Source: a candidate division FCPU426 bacterium (GTDB taxonomy: Bacteria > Oederibacteriota > Muellerivitia > Muellerivitales > Muellerivitaceae). From it: 64,000 bases of DNA. The stretch covers positions 736,001 to 800,000 of the forward strand of contig CAWCKJ010000003.1 in assembly GCA_963796105.1 (NCBI GenBank). Direction: 5' to 3'. The position numbers and the translations under genes are program-made. The notes beneath the pieces were generated by a model. That model searched no databases. It was given only the letters and a program-made list of their open reading frames with translations, and was not told the origin of the DNA. Positions 9,458-20,610 of this stretch are shown here, piece after piece; the stretch's first letter is position 1, and each line of letters begins with the position of its first letter.

Positions 9458-12088
9458 TCAACGATTGTTAGTCACCAGGAACTTCCCCATTCCCAAGACC
9501 TGTGTCCCTTGCTGGATCACATAATAATAAACACCCGAGGATGTCCGGGCACCAAATAGGTTGCGACCATCCCATTGGGTTATTCCACCGTTTTCATGAA
9601 GAATCCTTACCAGTTCCCCAGAAACCGTGTAAAAAGAAACCCTTGAGCCTTGCGGCATACAACCGACCTTTAAAGTGCCGTTCTTGGCATATTGAGGATT
9701 AAAAGGATCGGGCCAAATGCGAATTTGACAAATGGGCGTTGGAGACGGCGTAATGGTGGGTGTCATGGAAGGGGTGGGGGTTGCTGTCGGAAAAACAAAT
9801 TTCGATACGTACATATATTCCGGCGCGGGACCAAGGGTAGTTTTATAAACTCCGGCCGTTATTGTAAAGTCAGAATCATAGGTTCCCCCTCCCACGTAAA
9901 CGGCTCCCGAACCATCTAACGCGATCTGCGCTCCATCATCCTCGATATCACCGGATGCCGTACCACCCCAATAAGTGGAATAGATTAAATTCCCGGATGT
10001 ATTGAATAGGGACCAAAAGTTGGAACGCAAAGAGCCGCCCCAGGAGGCTTGATAAGCTCCAGGAGTGGTTGGGAAATTAGAAGAAGCGGTCGACCCCGAC
10101 ACGTAAGCATTTCCTAAACCATCCACCGCTATGCCGAGTCCCTCGTCCCCTAAATACATGATGCCGGCGCCATTTCCTCCGAGGTAAGTGGAATATATTA
10201 GTGCTTTTCCAGCCGGGTTTAATTTCGCGACAAAAGCGTTACCATACCCTGAGGCTGGCTTAGATTGATAAACGCCTGGAGTCACTGGAAAATTAGCCGA
10301 ATTGGCCTGACCCGTTAAATAAGCGTTGCCAAAAGAATCCGCCGCGATAGCGTATCCCACATCCCCTAAATCCGTGGAATTTCCCGATCCTCCCAAGAAG
10401 GTGCTATAAACCAAGGCCGTTCCTGTTGGATTTAATTTTGTGACAAAAACATTTCCTTTCGCGGAGCCCAGCGTGGTTTGATAAACGCCAGGGGTCACCG
10501 GGAAATCAGTCGAGGTGGACTGACCCGTTAAATAAGCGTTGCCAAAAGAATCCACCGCGATAGCGTATCCCACATCGCCAATAGCAACGGAATTTCCCGA
10601 TCCTCCCAAGAAGGTGCTATAGACCAAGGCCGTTCCTGTCGGATTTAATTTTGTGACAAAAGCATTTCCATTGATGGAGCCCGGCGTAGTTTGAAATGCG
10701 CCTGGGGTTACGGGAAAATCATTAGAGCTGGTCGTTCCTATTATGTACGCATTTTCAGAACTATCCACCCCGATGCCGAACCCCTCATCATAGATGCTTC
10801 CTCCCAGGTAGGTGCTATACACTAAGTCCGTCCCTGATGAATTTAATTTCGCGGCAAAAGCGTTTCCATTCGTGGTGCCCGACGTGGATTGAAAAGCGCC
10901 CGCGGAGGTCGGAAAATCGCTGGATCCGGTCAGGCCTGTAATATACGCATTGCCTGAAGCATCCACCGCGATGGCGTTAGGATCGTCATAATTGCTCCCG
11001 CCCAAATAGGTGGCATAGACTAGGGCAGTCCCGGTTGGATTTAGTTTGAAGATCAAGACATTTTGAGGCCCATTTGCGGCCGGTTGAAAAGCGCCAGGAG
11101 TCGTTATAAATCCCCCTTCGTAGGGTTCCAACAGGTAAGCATTTCCGGCTGTATCCACCGCCAAGGCGCTAAACTCGTTGTCGTAGTTGGCGACGTCCGC
11201 GCCCACATAGGTGGAATAAACCAATGTCGGGTCAATCACCAAGGACCTGGTGGAGTCGTATCCTTTCACCTCGAACCCCACTTCCCCATTTCCGTTTTGA
11301 ACGAATCTTCCGCCGATATCCTCCTTCCCGGACCAATTTTCCTGGTACAAGGCCGGCAGGCTTAATTCCAATGACATCTTTCCCACTCTCATCCCTAAGT
11401 TACCGCTAACCATTTTCCGAAGGTTTTCCGCACCCGCGAATTTCAACCGGATATCCTTTGGATTTCCACCAGGCTTCACCACGAAGTCATATTCCAATTT
11501 TCCGTTGGCTCCGTAATAGATTAGGTCGATGTGGGGATATATTTCCTTGAATCTTACCCGCGCGTATTGGCACAAGTTCATGCGCCAATGGGAGGTATTT
11601 TTACCAATCAAATAATTGCTTTTGCCAGGCAGTTTCTCCAGTCCCTCGGCCTCGCAACGGGGATTGGCTCCCTTCAATTTCATCCAAAGATACTCGGGTT
11701 TGGCAAGAATGGTTTTTCTCGGGACTTTCAATTTTGAGCGCCTGAGCGGTTTTTGAAAGCACCAAACAGCCTGAGTGGGGGTCAGGAAAAGGCTGTAGCC
11801 CTTTCCCCGGGTCATAAACCTAACCGATGGGTCGGTTTGGCCCTCGTTTTTCTCGAAGCTCATCGGCAGGCGCCCGTAGGCCCGCGCAATTTTCTTTTGA
11901 GCTTGGACATCGGGTTTTGAATGGGCAGCTTTTTGAGGAGAAGCCTTATTGACGGCCTTGGTTCCACACATGGATAAAGCAAAAACGCCCGTAGGATGGG
12001 CAAGGAGCAAGGACAGCAGGAACCGCAAAACCATTTGGAAACGTTTTGGGACGGAGATTAAAAAAAAGGGAACCACGTCTTGCGGCAT
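9458..12088 (-). CDS. Secreted SBBP (beta-propeller) repeat protein with Thr-Pro linker and T9SS/FlgD-like C-terminal domain
   Basis: 'LPMSFEKNEGQ...LVIDPTLVYSTY' N-terminal domain; repeats 'AIAVDxxGNAYxTG.T.S.DFPxT.GAFQ...FVTKLNPTGTALVYSTFLGG'; C-terminal WDGRN...SGVYYY. True start may be slightly downstream. Confidence 0.85.
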   Translation of the reverse strand: MPQDVVPFFLISVPKRFQMVLRFLLSLLLAHPTGVFALSMCGTKAVNKASPQKAAHSKPDVQAQKKIARAYGRLPMSFEKNEGQTDPSVRFMTRGKGYSLFLTPTQAVWCFQKPLRRSKLKVPRKTILAKPEYLWMKLKGANPRCEAEGLEKLPGKSNYLIGKNTSHWRMNLCQYARVRFKEIYPHIDLIYYGANGKLEYDFVVKPGGNPKDIRLKFAGAENLRKMVSGNLGMRVGKMSLELSLPALYQENWSGKEDIGGRFVQNGNGEVGFEVKGYDSTRSLVIDPTLVYSTYVGADVANYDNEFSALAVDTAGNAYLLEPYEGGFITTPGAFQPAANGPQNVLIFKLNPTGTALVYATYLGGSNYDDPNAIAVDASGNAYITGLTGSSDFPTSAGAFQSTSGTTNGNAFAAKLNSSGTDLVYSTYLGGSIYDEGFGIGVDSSENAYIIGTTSSNDFPVTPGAFQTTPGSINGNAFVTKLNPTGTALVYSTFLGGSGNSVAIGDVGYAIAVDSFGNAYLTGQSTSTDFPVTPGVYQTTLGSAKGNVFVTKLNPTGTALVYSTFLGGSGNSTDLGDVGYAIAADSFGNAYLTGQANSANFPVTPGVYQSKPASGYGNAFVAKLNPAGKALIYSTYLGGNGAGIMYLGDEGLGIAVDGLGNAYVSGSTASSNFPTTPGAYQASWGGSLRSNFWSLFNTSGNLIYSTYWGGTASGDIEDDGAQIALDGSGAVYVGGGTYDSDFTITAGVYKTTLGPAPEYMYVSKFVFPTATPTPSMTPTITPSPTPICQIRIWPDPFNPQYAKNGTLKVGCMPQGSRVSFYTVSGELVRILHENGGITQWDGRNLFGARTSSGVYYYVIQQGTQVLGMGKFLVTNNR

Positions 12089-12352
12089 TCAAATATCCTT
12101 GCGCGGAATAGATGGAGGTAAAGCGGCATTTAAATTTACCACGGTTTCGGGGATATTTGGTTTTTTCACGACCCCTGGCCTGCGCTGCGGAGCGGAGAGC
12201 TCCCCGCCACGGACAAGCAAATCCTACTGGTTATAGAAACTTTCGGGAACATTGACCTGAAAATTCGAATTCGATTGTTTTTATTTCGGTAAATCTATGG
12301 GAAAAGGTTCTGAAAGTATTTAGGACCAAGCGCACTATTAAAATGCAGTTTA

Positions 12353-12883
12353 CTAAGGATTACTGTACACCTGCCAGACAATAGGAAGGTTGGATTGTGG
12401 TACAGCCGCCGTCGCCCAGGAATATCCCGTTACGAGACAACCCGAAGTACCACCCTGAAGGATATTTACGGTTACTTGAGTCGCACTTTCACACGCGCTG
12501 TTGATTTGTTGGGGAGTAATACATCCGATCAAAAGGTAAGCCTGGAGAAGCATTTGCTGGCTGAAATCAACCGGAGGCGTCTGGGTGCCGTAATAAGATT
12601 GCCAATCGGACAGGGTGCGCAGAACCCGGGTCTGGCCGGTAAAGGTGACGGGAGTTCCCGCGGGAGGACTGGTAGTCCATCCGGTTGAGGAATTCGGAGT
12701 AGCGGTTGGGGTTAAATAGGTGTTCAAATTGATTAAAGTAAAGGTGCAATTGGGGGTTACGGCGACCGTCGGGGTGGGTGTCGGGGTAGCTATCGGGGTT
12801 GGAATGACGGGTATATGACGGTCACAAGCCCAAGGGGCTGAGCATAAAATCAATAAGAATGACAGGACGAATATATTTTTCAT
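12353..12883 (-). CDS. Putative lipoprotein with short Thr-Pro stretch
   Basis: MKNIF + hydrophobic stretch + Cys; GAGG RBS; 176 aa. Confidence 0.7.
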   Translation of the reverse strand: MKNIFVLSFLLILCSAPWACDRHIPVIPTPIATPTPTPTVAVTPNCTFTLINLNTYLTPTATPNSSTGWTTSPPAGTPVTFTGQTRVLRTLSDWQSYYGTQTPPVDFSQQMLLQAYLLIGCITPQQINSACESATQVTVNILQGGTSGCLVTGYSWATAAVPQSNLPIVWQVYSNP

Positions 12884-13533
12884 TGGAAACCTCGGTTTAT
12901 TGTTATTGGGTAAATAATATCATATACCTGATAAATCGGGGCTGGCCGGGCCCCCTCAAATGGTGTTTCCCTTTACCTTGCGGCCGTTTATAGGTTCTAA
13001 ATGAAGGACTGTTTTGAGTTTTCGCGGGATTTCTAAACTCCAGGCATCTTCATCGATTATTCATTCTTCATTGTTCATTATTCATTTTAAATTGTTGTTC
13101 AATTGCCGCCATTGTGTCCGATCCGCGAAACACCGCCAAGATAGGTATTAATCGGTCCCAATTATTGTGCAATTTTTCCGCGCATGAGACAACCAGGCGC
13201 GCCTCCCGCCTTTCAAATCCTCGTTCCAAACTACATTTAATGGAAAGAAACCCTGAAATTTTTTTGCCTCCGCCTAAAATCGTTTCTCGATTTTTTTACA
13301 TAAATTTTATCTTCTTACTATTTGTTTTCCCGCGGGGATCGTGTATACGGTTGCACGACTCAAGTTGTTTTTTTCGCGCGGGACGCATTTTATAAAATTC
13401 AGGGGAGGCGCTTGTGCGTTTGAAAAATATTTTTTCCGGTTTGAATCCGTTGGAAATCCCGAACTGCCCGAAATCCGCCGCCCAGGCTTTCCCGTTTTTT
13501 TACAGGACGGGTAAGAATCCCAAAAACTTGAAA

Positions 13534-16500
13534 ATGTTTTTCCTGCCGCTCTTGGCTTTGCTCCTGTTCCCCCTCGCCTCCGTCCACGCGGCGGGAAGCC
13601 AAACGCTCCCGGGTCATGTTCCCGCGCGGGCTAAGGCCGAAAACCTGGTGTCGGACCTTCCCGATACCCAAACATTGAATCTCGCCATCGGCCTCCCCTT
13701 GCGCAACGCAGGCAATCTCCAAGACCTCCTGAGGGAAATTTATGACCGCAAAAGCCCGAAATACCGCCATTATTTGACCCCGGACCAATTCACGGCCCAG
13801 TTCGGCCCCACCGAAGAGGATTACAACAAAGTCGTTGATTTCGCGAAGGCCCACCACTTGACCGTGACTAAGACCTACACCAACCGGATGCTGGTGGACG
13901 TGAGCGGGACAGCCTTGGACATTTCACGCGCCTTCAACGTGAGGCTCCACAATTACAAAAGGCAGGACGGAAGTTTGTTTTATTCCCCTGACGCGGAACC
14001 CTCCGCCGATCTCGACGTTCCCCTCTCGCACGTGTCGGGCCTGGACAACTTCAAACTGCCGATGAACCACTTGGGAAACAAGTTGGGGAAATCCAAGCAA
14101 GGATCCCCCGCCCCGGCCGCAGGCGCCAAGAAATCCAATTACGGAACGGGCCCCAATTCGGGGGTGCCTCCTTACGGCCCCTCCTACGTCGGGACCGACT
14201 TCCGCAACGCCTACCTCGGCTCTTCCTTCCCCCCAACTTCCAACGGCCAGGGACAAACCATCGGGCTGTTCGAGCCGGAGGGGTATTACACGGGTGACGT
14301 GGCCTCCTACCAATCCTCTTTCCTTTCCGCCTTTACGATTCCCAATCCGGTCCTGATTTCGGCCGAGCCGGGCGCGGTGGCCCAGGACCAGGGTGCGCCC
14401 GGGGCGGGCAACGGCGAGGTGGCCCTGGATATCGACATGGCGATGGCCATGGCGCCGGGGGCCCAGGTCGTGGTTTACGAGGGCTATAACAACGGCCTTT
14501 ACGCTTACGATACCGTCTGCGACGACATCCTGAGCGAGATGGCCTACCCGACCCAGGGCGAAACCGTGCCCAACCAGGTGAGCTGCTCCTGGTACGACTT
14601 CGGGGACGCCGCCACGGACAGCCTGATGATGCAGTTGGCCTCGGAAGGAGTGGCATTTTTCATGGCCGCCGGGGATGAGGGCGCCTACGTCTACCCGGAT
14701 GTCTTTTACTCCCCATACATTCCCCCGCCCTACGACCAAGGGGCGGTTTCCTTCATGACCTTCGTCGGGGGCACTGAGCTTTCCACGAGCGGAGCCGGCA
14801 ACGGCCTCGGCACCTACAACAACGAGATCGTTTGGAACGACCCCATCGAGCTAAACGGCGTCGGGGGCCCTGCCGCTGGCGGCGGGGGAATCTGCGACCA
14901 GGTCCTCATCCCATATTGGCAGGTGGGTTTCATCAACGCCCAGAACAACGGCGACCCCTCCCACCGGAACATGCCGGACGTGGCCTTGATCGCGGATTAC
15001 CTTTTCATTTACTCCGACAACGGCGTCCCGCAATACGTCATGGACGGGACCAGCGCTTCCGCTCCCCTTTGGGCCGGCTTTTGGTCCCTCGCCAACCAGC
15101 AGGCCGGGAACACCCCCTGCAACCCGATCGGTTTTCCGAACCCGTCGCTTTACTCCATCGCTTCCAATCCAGTCCAGTACGCGGCTGATTTCAACGACAT
15201 CACCGTGGGGACCAACAACGACCCCGTTTACGCCTCCGGCAATTTCAACCAATTCGCGGCCGTCAAAGGTTATGACCTGGCCACGGGCCTGGGCAGTTTC
15301 AAGGCCAACTTGATCAATGACCTGGTCTCAATGGCCTGCGTCGTCTCATCCTACACCCCCACGAGCAGCCCCACCGCCACCTCGACCGTCACGCCCACAC
15401 TTACACCAACGCAGACCCAGACCTATACGGCGACCCTCTCGCCCACCATTACCCCCACCCCGACCGCGACCGGGACTTTTACGCTTACTTCGACCCCCAC
15501 GGCCTGCTGTTTTTCCGATTCGATCTCTTGGGGACCCAGCGGCGCGGGCTACAGTTTCGGCTCCTTGTACGACATTGCCGTAGATAACAGCAATAACTGC
15601 AACGGCGGCCCCTGCCTGTACATGACTGACACAAGCAACAATTATATTTACAAGTTTGACACATCCGGAAATTTCATTCCCCCGGCATGGGGCGGGACAG
15701 GATCTACCCCCGGGTTATTGAACAGCCCCTACGGTATCGCCGTCAACGCGGCAGGGACTTCCATTTACGTGGCAGACCAGGGCAACAACCGTGTCGAGGT
15801 CTTCAACTCATCAGGAGGTTACAGCACATCCTGGGGCGTCAATGGGATCGCCCTAGGCCAATTCGCCGGCCTGTTTGGCGTTGCGGTGGACCCGAACAAC
15901 GGCAATGTTTACGCCGTGGATGAGGGCGGAACCGGGCGTGTGCAGGAATTCAACTACAACGCCTCCTTGACCATCACCCAATGGTACTCGAGCAATGCCC
16001 ACGGGGCCTGTGTCAGCCCCACTGATTATGTCTATGTCGCCAATGGCAATAATGTCATCAAATATACTTCCGGCGGGGTTTCCATCACGCAATGGCCGGC
16101 CACCGGGTATAATTTGTCATCCGATGGCGCCGATTATATCTACGTTGCCAGCTTCAATAGCGGCAATGTCTCAAAATACGATCCCATCGGCAACCTCATT
16201 TGCCAGATCGCCGCCGGAGGGCAAAATGGGCATCTTGGAAATCCTTATGGCGCGGCTGTAGGCTCCACCGGGACGGTTTACGTAAACACGACAACCTTGG
16301 TGGGTGAATTCCTGCCATGCGGACCGACACCCACCGCGGTGCCGACGAACCTGGCGACCAACACCATCACCAATACCCCGACTTTGACCGCCACTGGTAC
16401 CTCGACGCCGACTTCCACCCGAACACCGACAAATACGCCGACTTCGACCAGGACGCCCACGCCGACAAGAACGCCCACGAACACCCCCACCATCACCCTG

Positions 16501-17262
16501 ACCCGGACTTGGACCAACACCCCGACCATCACCCCGACCAGGACGAGGACCAATACGCCGACGGTGACCCGCACCCCGACGAATACGCCCACGAGGACCA
16601 ACACTCCCACCATCACCCTGACCAGGACGAGGACCAACACGCCCACCATTACCCCGACCAGGACGTGGACCAATACGCCGACGGTGACCCGCACCCCGAC
16701 GAATACGCCCACGAGGACCAACACCCCCACCATCACCCCGACCAGGACGAGGACCAATACGCCGACGGTGACCCGTACTCCGACCATCACCCCGACGCGC
16801 ACCCACACCTCGACACCCACGCCCACCCGGACCCCGACGCCGACACGCACGCCGACCCCGACCGCGACACCGACGAACACGCCGATCGGCGGATCAGCGG
16901 CACCGGCGAACGCGGCCCAGCAGAAAAATATCCGGGGCTTTACCCCGTCGCCGACGCCTTCAACCGGCGGAACCCTTCTTTCGGCCTTGCCCGCCCCGAG
17001 CCTTTCCCAGGACGGACAGCCGATCCAATTCAGGGTCAAGCTGGCCAAAGCCGCGGCCATCCACCTTTCGTTGTATGACCTGTTGGGCGAGAAGATTTAC
17101 GAGACACAGGCCCTTGGCGGCGCCGGGACCAACCGCCTGCTTTGGAACCTGCAAAACCTCGATAACCAGGAGGTGGCGAGCGGGGTGTTTGTTTACTTAA
17201 TCCAAATCAACGACGGGACCAGCCTGTCCCGCAAGACCGGCAAGGTCGCCGTCATCCGCTGA
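13534..17262 (+). CDS. Secreted S53 (sedolisin/kumamolisin) peptidase with pro-domain, NHL repeats, Thr-Pro/Arg linker and T9SS/FlgD-like C-terminal domain
   Basis: Pro-domain '[16 protein letters not shown]'; catalytic motifs 'GEVALDID', 'AAGDEG', '[11 protein letters not shown]', '[10 protein letters not shown]'; NHL 'PYGIAVN...[11 protein letters not shown]'. Start uncertain (13414-13534). Confidence 0.9.
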   Translation: MFFLPLLALLLFPLASVHAAGSQTLPGHVPARAKAENLVSDLPDTQTLNLAIGLPLRNAGNLQDLLREIYDRKSPKYRHYLTPDQFTAQFGPTEEDYNKVVDFAKAHHLTVTKTYTNRMLVDVSGTALDISRAFNVRLHNYKRQDGSLFYSPDAEPSADLDVPLSHVSGLDNFKLPMNHLGNKLGKSKQGSPAPAAGAKKSNYGTGPNSGVPPYGPSYVGTDFRNAYLGSSFPPTSNGQGQTIGLFEPEGYYTGDVASYQSSFLSAFTIPNPVLISAEPGAVAQDQGAPGAGNGEVALDIDMAMAMAPGAQVVVYEGYNNGLYAYDTVCDDILSEMAYPTQGETVPNQVSCSWYDFGDAATDSLMMQLASEGVAFFMAAGDEGAYVYPDVFYSPYIPPPYDQGAVSFMTFVGGTELSTSGAGNGLGTYNNEIVWNDPIELNGVGGPAAGGGGICDQVLIPYWQVGFINAQNNGDPSHRNMPDVALIADYLFIYSDNGVPQYVMDGTSASAPLWAGFWSLANQQAGNTPCNPIGFPNPSLYSIASNPVQYAADFNDITVGTNNDPVYASGNFNQFAAVKGYDLATGLGSFKANLINDLVSMACVVSSYTPTSSPTATSTVTPTLTPTQTQTYTATLSPTITPTPTATGTFTLTSTPTACCFSDSISWGPSGAGYSFGSLYDIAVDNSNNCNGGPCLYMTDTSNNYIYKFDTSGNFIPPAWGGTGSTPGLLNSPYGIAVNAAGTSIYVADQGNNRVEVFNSSGGYSTSWGVNGIALGQFAGLFGVAVDPNNGNVYAVDEGGTGRVQEFNYNASLTITQWYSSNAHGACVSPTDYVYVANGNNVIKYTSGGVSITQWPATGYNLSSDGADYIYVASFNSGNVSKYDPIGNLICQIAAGGQNGHLGNPYGAAVGSTGTVYVNTTTLVGEFLPCGPTPTAVPTNLATNTITNTPTLTATGTSTPTSTRTPTNTPTSTRTPTPTRTPTNTPTITLTRTWTNTPTITPTRTRTNTPTVTRTPTNTPTRTNTPTITLTRTRTNTPTITPTRTWTNTPTVTRTPTNTPTRTNTPTITPTRTRTNTPTVTRTPTITPTRTHTSTPTPTRTPTPTRTPTPTATPTNTPIGGSAAPANAAQQKNIRGFTPSPTPSTGGTLLSALPAPSLSQDGQPIQFRVKLAKAAAIHLSLYDLLGEKIYETQALGGAGTNRLLWNLQNLDNQEVASGVFVYLIQINDGTSLSRKTGKVAVIR

Positions 17263-17282
17263 GGGTTTTAAGCCGCTTAAAC

Positions 17283-17314
17283 AAAAAGGCCTGGAAAATA
17301 TTCCAGGCCTTTTT
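17283..17314. terminator. Bidirectional intrinsic terminator
   Basis: AAAAAGGCCTGGAA-aata-TTCCAGGCCTTTTT between convergent genes. Confidence 0.85.
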
Positions 17315-17398
17315 CATTTTGGGATTCCGGTTTTTGCGCCCGGCCCGTAAATATTCAACTTAATCCCCAATCATCCGCAAAACCAATCATAGGTTTAC

Positions 17399-17770
17399 TT
17401 ATTTTTCGGACATGGTCCTCAAAAGGCAATTGTTCAATATCTCCACATCCTCCTCTTTGATGGCCAAAAAGCGGAGGCCCGCGTCGGACTCGTTGGACCA
17501 AACCACCTCGGCAAAAGCCGTTATCAAATGGGAAATCCCGGGAAGGGACATTCCCAGCCGGAGGATCCTGCCCTTTTCTAATATGTGATCCACTACCAGG
17601 TACAATCCGCCCAAACTCACGTTTAAGGTGTGACTGTTCTTATCTTTACCCGTGCCCCTCAAAACTTCCTTAATTTCGTTCTGATCCTCGATGACTTGGT
17701 AATTCACGGGGACATTGATTGAAACACGGGGATAAACCCTTTTTTCAACAAGCATATTCGCTTCAGGCAT
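17399..17770 (-). CDS. Stand-alone PilZ domain protein (c-di-GMP receptor)
   Basis: RxxxR (KRVYPR) and NxSxGG (NVSLGG) motifs. Confidence 0.85.
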   Translation of the reverse strand: MPEANMLVEKRVYPRVSINVPVNYQVIEDQNEIKEVLRGTGKDKNSHTLNVSLGGLYLVVDHILEKGRILRLGMSLPGISHLITAFAEVVWSNESDAGLRFLAIKEEDVEILNNCLLRTMSEK

Positions 17771-17970
17771 GGCCGGTTCCCTTTTGCGGCATAACTTCCC
17801 CTTTTTGAACGCAATAAATTCTACCCGAATAAAGGGTTAAAATGTATCCCCGATTATTCATACGCCGTTTAGACGCTGGTTTTCATGATTTCGGCGGATT
17901 TCCGAGGACCAGAAATCCTCAATCACTATTCATTTTTCATTGCGCAATCCACATTGTCCTCAAGTGTCCG

Positions 17971-18246
17971 CTAAAAAGCCTTTGGAAGGGGCTTTAAGAG
18001 CCGGAGGATCAGCAATAAAGCCACCGCTCCCCAAGCCGAGATCTCAATCGCCATCTTGATGCCGTAAACGGAGGCGTAAAATTGGTGGGCCAAGACCCCT
18101 GTCAGGAGGGCGCCGGTCATACCGCAAAGAATTTCCTTCCCCGCTCCCGAGCTGGAACCCTTGGCTAAAAGGCTCGCGCCCCAGCCCATGAACGCGCCGA
18201 CCACCAGGAACAAAACCACATCTTGAATCTGCGGCAAATTAATCAT
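17971..18246 (-). CDS. Small membrane protein, GlsB/YeaQ/YmgE (transglycosylase-associated) family-like
   Basis: Three hydrophobic segments with Gly pattern 'VVGAFMGWGASLL...ILCGMTGALLTG...GAVALLLILRL'; AGGAG RBS. Confidence 0.65.
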   Translation of the reverse strand: MINLPQIQDVVLFLVVGAFMGWGASLLAKGSSSGAGKEILCGMTGALLTGVLAHQFYASVYGIKMAIEISAWGAVALLLILRLLKPLPKAF

Positions 18247-18279
18247 TTGACACTCCTTTTATTTATCCGGCCACGCCGG

Positions 18280-18483
18280 TTAATTGAAACTGGTCCTGGC
18301 CGCTCGAATGGACTCGCGCAAGGCGGTCCTCACCCGATCCAAGCCGGCTCCGGCGTTTTTCCAAGCCGTTTCGCGGGTTTTTCTCAAATCCGCCATCAAG
18401 CCCTCGATCTCACTTTGCTGTGCCTTTAAATTCCCTATTTCAGCCCTCGGTTTATCAGCGTTTTCATCTTTTTCCTTATCCAT
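18280..18483 (-). CDS. Small coiled-coil stress-type protein
   Basis: 'EIGNLKAQQ...LRKTRETAWKN..AGLDR...' helical pattern; GAGG upstream. Confidence 0.45.
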   Translation of the reverse strand: MDKEKDENADKPRAEIGNLKAQQSEIEGLMADLRKTRETAWKNAGAGLDRVRTALRESIRAARTSFN

Positions 18484-19223
18484 CCCAATGGCCACCTCTG
18501 TTCTTTTGAAACACTTGTTGGATGGTGTCATTAAAAATACTTTACGGAATAGAAGGAGACCCTGCACTTTGACGACGCGGCCGAATCCTTCATCACTTGC
18601 CGGCCGATCTCCGGATTCGCTTTTTTCGTGACCGCCATTTTCCCCGCGCGCTCATTCCTCCTTCGGTTCAGATCCCCTATTTGCTTTTGATATAGCTCTT
18701 TGGCGTCCACCTTGGCCGGTTCGCCCCCGGTCATGCGTTCATTGATTTTCATTCCCCACTTGCCGACCCATCGCTTGTTTTTTCCCATGGGTTTTCCTCT
18801 TATTCCATCCATGGCGGCTCCCCCTTTTTTCTTGTTTAAATATATTCCATTACGGGAATTTCGTGCGGCTGCCACGGCGGGGCATGACCGCCTTATTGGG
18901 TCTTGTGGTTCCCCGGACTTCCCTCCGCCCCGCGGCGTCCCGGGGGTGGAACTCCTCGATCCGGTACGGAATTTCCCTTCTATCGCCCCGGCCCTTTTTC
19001 CGCTTTGTTTGGTACATTGAAACCCTGGAGGTTTCAACCGGCGTGATTAACTCCGTCTCCGCCGAATCCGGGACCTTCAGGACGCCCAGCGGCTCGGTAA
19101 ACCAGGGGTTTGCCTTCTTGCTGATTTTACTGGTCATTCCAAAATCCATGGCAGCTTCCTATCTGGTAAAACTGGGCGGGGCAAGCCGCGCTGAACTCCT
19201 TATTTCTTAAAACAGAAGGCCCT

Positions 19224-19580
19224 TTATTCGGACGTGTACTTCCGGATGCCTGACGAGTAGGAAAGGGTCATTTCGGCTTCCTCTTCCCCGTTGTTTTGGA
19301 TCATATGGACGACGTTCTGCGGAATGGTCAAGGCGTCCCCCGGTTGAAGCTTCGCCTGGGAGTCCCCCAATATCACCAGGACGCTTCCCCTGGAGAGGTA
19401 AATAACCTCATCGGCGTTGGAATGGCTGTGGGTGGAGCCGGAAAACCCCGGATGCAGGATCAAGCGGCCCACGGAGACGGAGCTTCCGGAAAGGTTCTGG
19501 TTGGCCATCCAGGTCATGGAACCCCAAGGCTCCTCGATTTTGTTTTTTTCCGCGTCCCGGATTAATACCAGGCGGTTCAT
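19224..19580 (-). CDS. Cupin domain protein
   Basis: 'HSHSNADEVIY' and 'GDALTIPQNVVH' cupin motifs; ATGA overlap with upstream rhodanese. Confidence 0.85.
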   Translation of the reverse strand: MNRLVLIRDAEKNKIEEPWGSMTWMANQNLSGSSVSVGRLILHPGFSGSTHSHSNADEVIYLSRGSVLVILGDSQAKLQPGDALTIPQNVVHMIQNNGEEEAEMTLSYSSGIRKYTSE

Positions 19581-19933
19581 CGGGTTACCGCGGAAAGCTT
19601 GTCGAGCTGCGTTCCTTCCACGGGCAATCCGGCCCCATTCCATTCGGCGATCCCTCCCGGATAATTCTCGGCGTTGAAATCATGGTCCCGGAGGATCTTG
19701 GCGGCGTTGGCCCCGGCCGCGCAGGTGAAATCGTTGCTATAGGTGATCAATAACCTGTTCTTCCCGAACAGTCTCTCGGCTTCCTGGGCGAAAGTCCCGT
19801 AGTCCTGGAGCAATGGAAGGCTGTGCGAGCCCAGGATATGGAGTTTTTGGAACTCGGCCTCCGGAAGGACGTTCAAGACCACCCCATTGGTTTTCTTCAT
19901 TTTTTCCAGCAATGCTTCCTTGGTGAGCGGCAT
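19577..19933 (-). CDS. Rhodanese-like domain protein (paralogue 1)
   Basis: 'NVLPE..F.KLHI.GS' and 'YPGGIAEW..AGLPVE'. Confidence 0.85.
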   Translation of the reverse strand: MPLTKEALLEKMKKTNGVVLNVLPEAEFQKLHILGSHSLPLLQDYGTFAQEAERLFGKNRLLITYSNDFTCAAGANAAKILRDHDFNAENYPGGIAEWNGAGLPVEGTQLDKLSAVTR

Positions 19934-20035
19934 CCTAAGCCTCTTTCTTTGTCAAAGTTAAGTCCGGCATGTAAAATCCGCGCGGGATGGGTTTTACCAG
20001 CTTCCCATCCCGGACGGACTCCCCTTCCTTCTACC

Positions 20036-20497
20036 TCACTCAAACCCATAGAACGAATAGGGGATTTGCTTGGAATCCAGCACGGTGCTGTTCACGAAAA
20101 CATTTCCCATCGTACTGTCGTACAACCAACCAGTTCCATTCGCTGTTGGGACTGAAACCATGGTCGTCATCGACACAATGGCTCCCGCCGGGCTGGTGGA
20201 GCCCACCACAAACGCCCCCGTCACCTTCACCGGAGAAATGTTGTCCAGGTATTTGCTGAAGGAGTAACCGCTGAACGACTGCAAAGTCGTCGGCCAGATT
20301 CCCTGCGCGTCCCCGTAATAGATCGAGGCCGCGGACTTTAAGCTGCCCAAATTACCTTTCGTGGACCCTTCCCTCGCCTTTTCCAGCATCTGGGCGAAAC
20401 GCGGAATCGCGATGGCCGCCAAGATTCCGATGATCGCGACCACGATCATCAGCTCGATCAACGTAAACCCTTTCATCTTTAACCGGTTCATACTCAT
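20036..20497 (-). CDS. Type IV pilin / pseudopilin
   Basis: Class III signal 'KG|FTLIELMIVVAIIGILAAIAIP'; AGGAGG RBS. Confidence 0.9.
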   Translation of the reverse strand: MSMNRLKMKGFTLIELMIVVAIIGILAAIAIPRFAQMLEKAREGSTKGNLGSLKSAASIYYGDAQGIWPTTLQSFSGYSFSKYLDNISPVKVTGAFVVGSTSPAGAIVSMTTMVSVPTANGTGWLYDSTMGNVFVNSTVLDSKQIPYSFYGFE

Positions 20498-20610
20498 CCT
20501 CCTGAAGATAAATGAACAAAACCTTAAAACAGCCGGCTTACTTTTCTCGGTTCCAACATTTTTTTCAACTCACCGGCGCCCGATTCCGCCGGATCGGGCG
20601 CCCGAACCCA

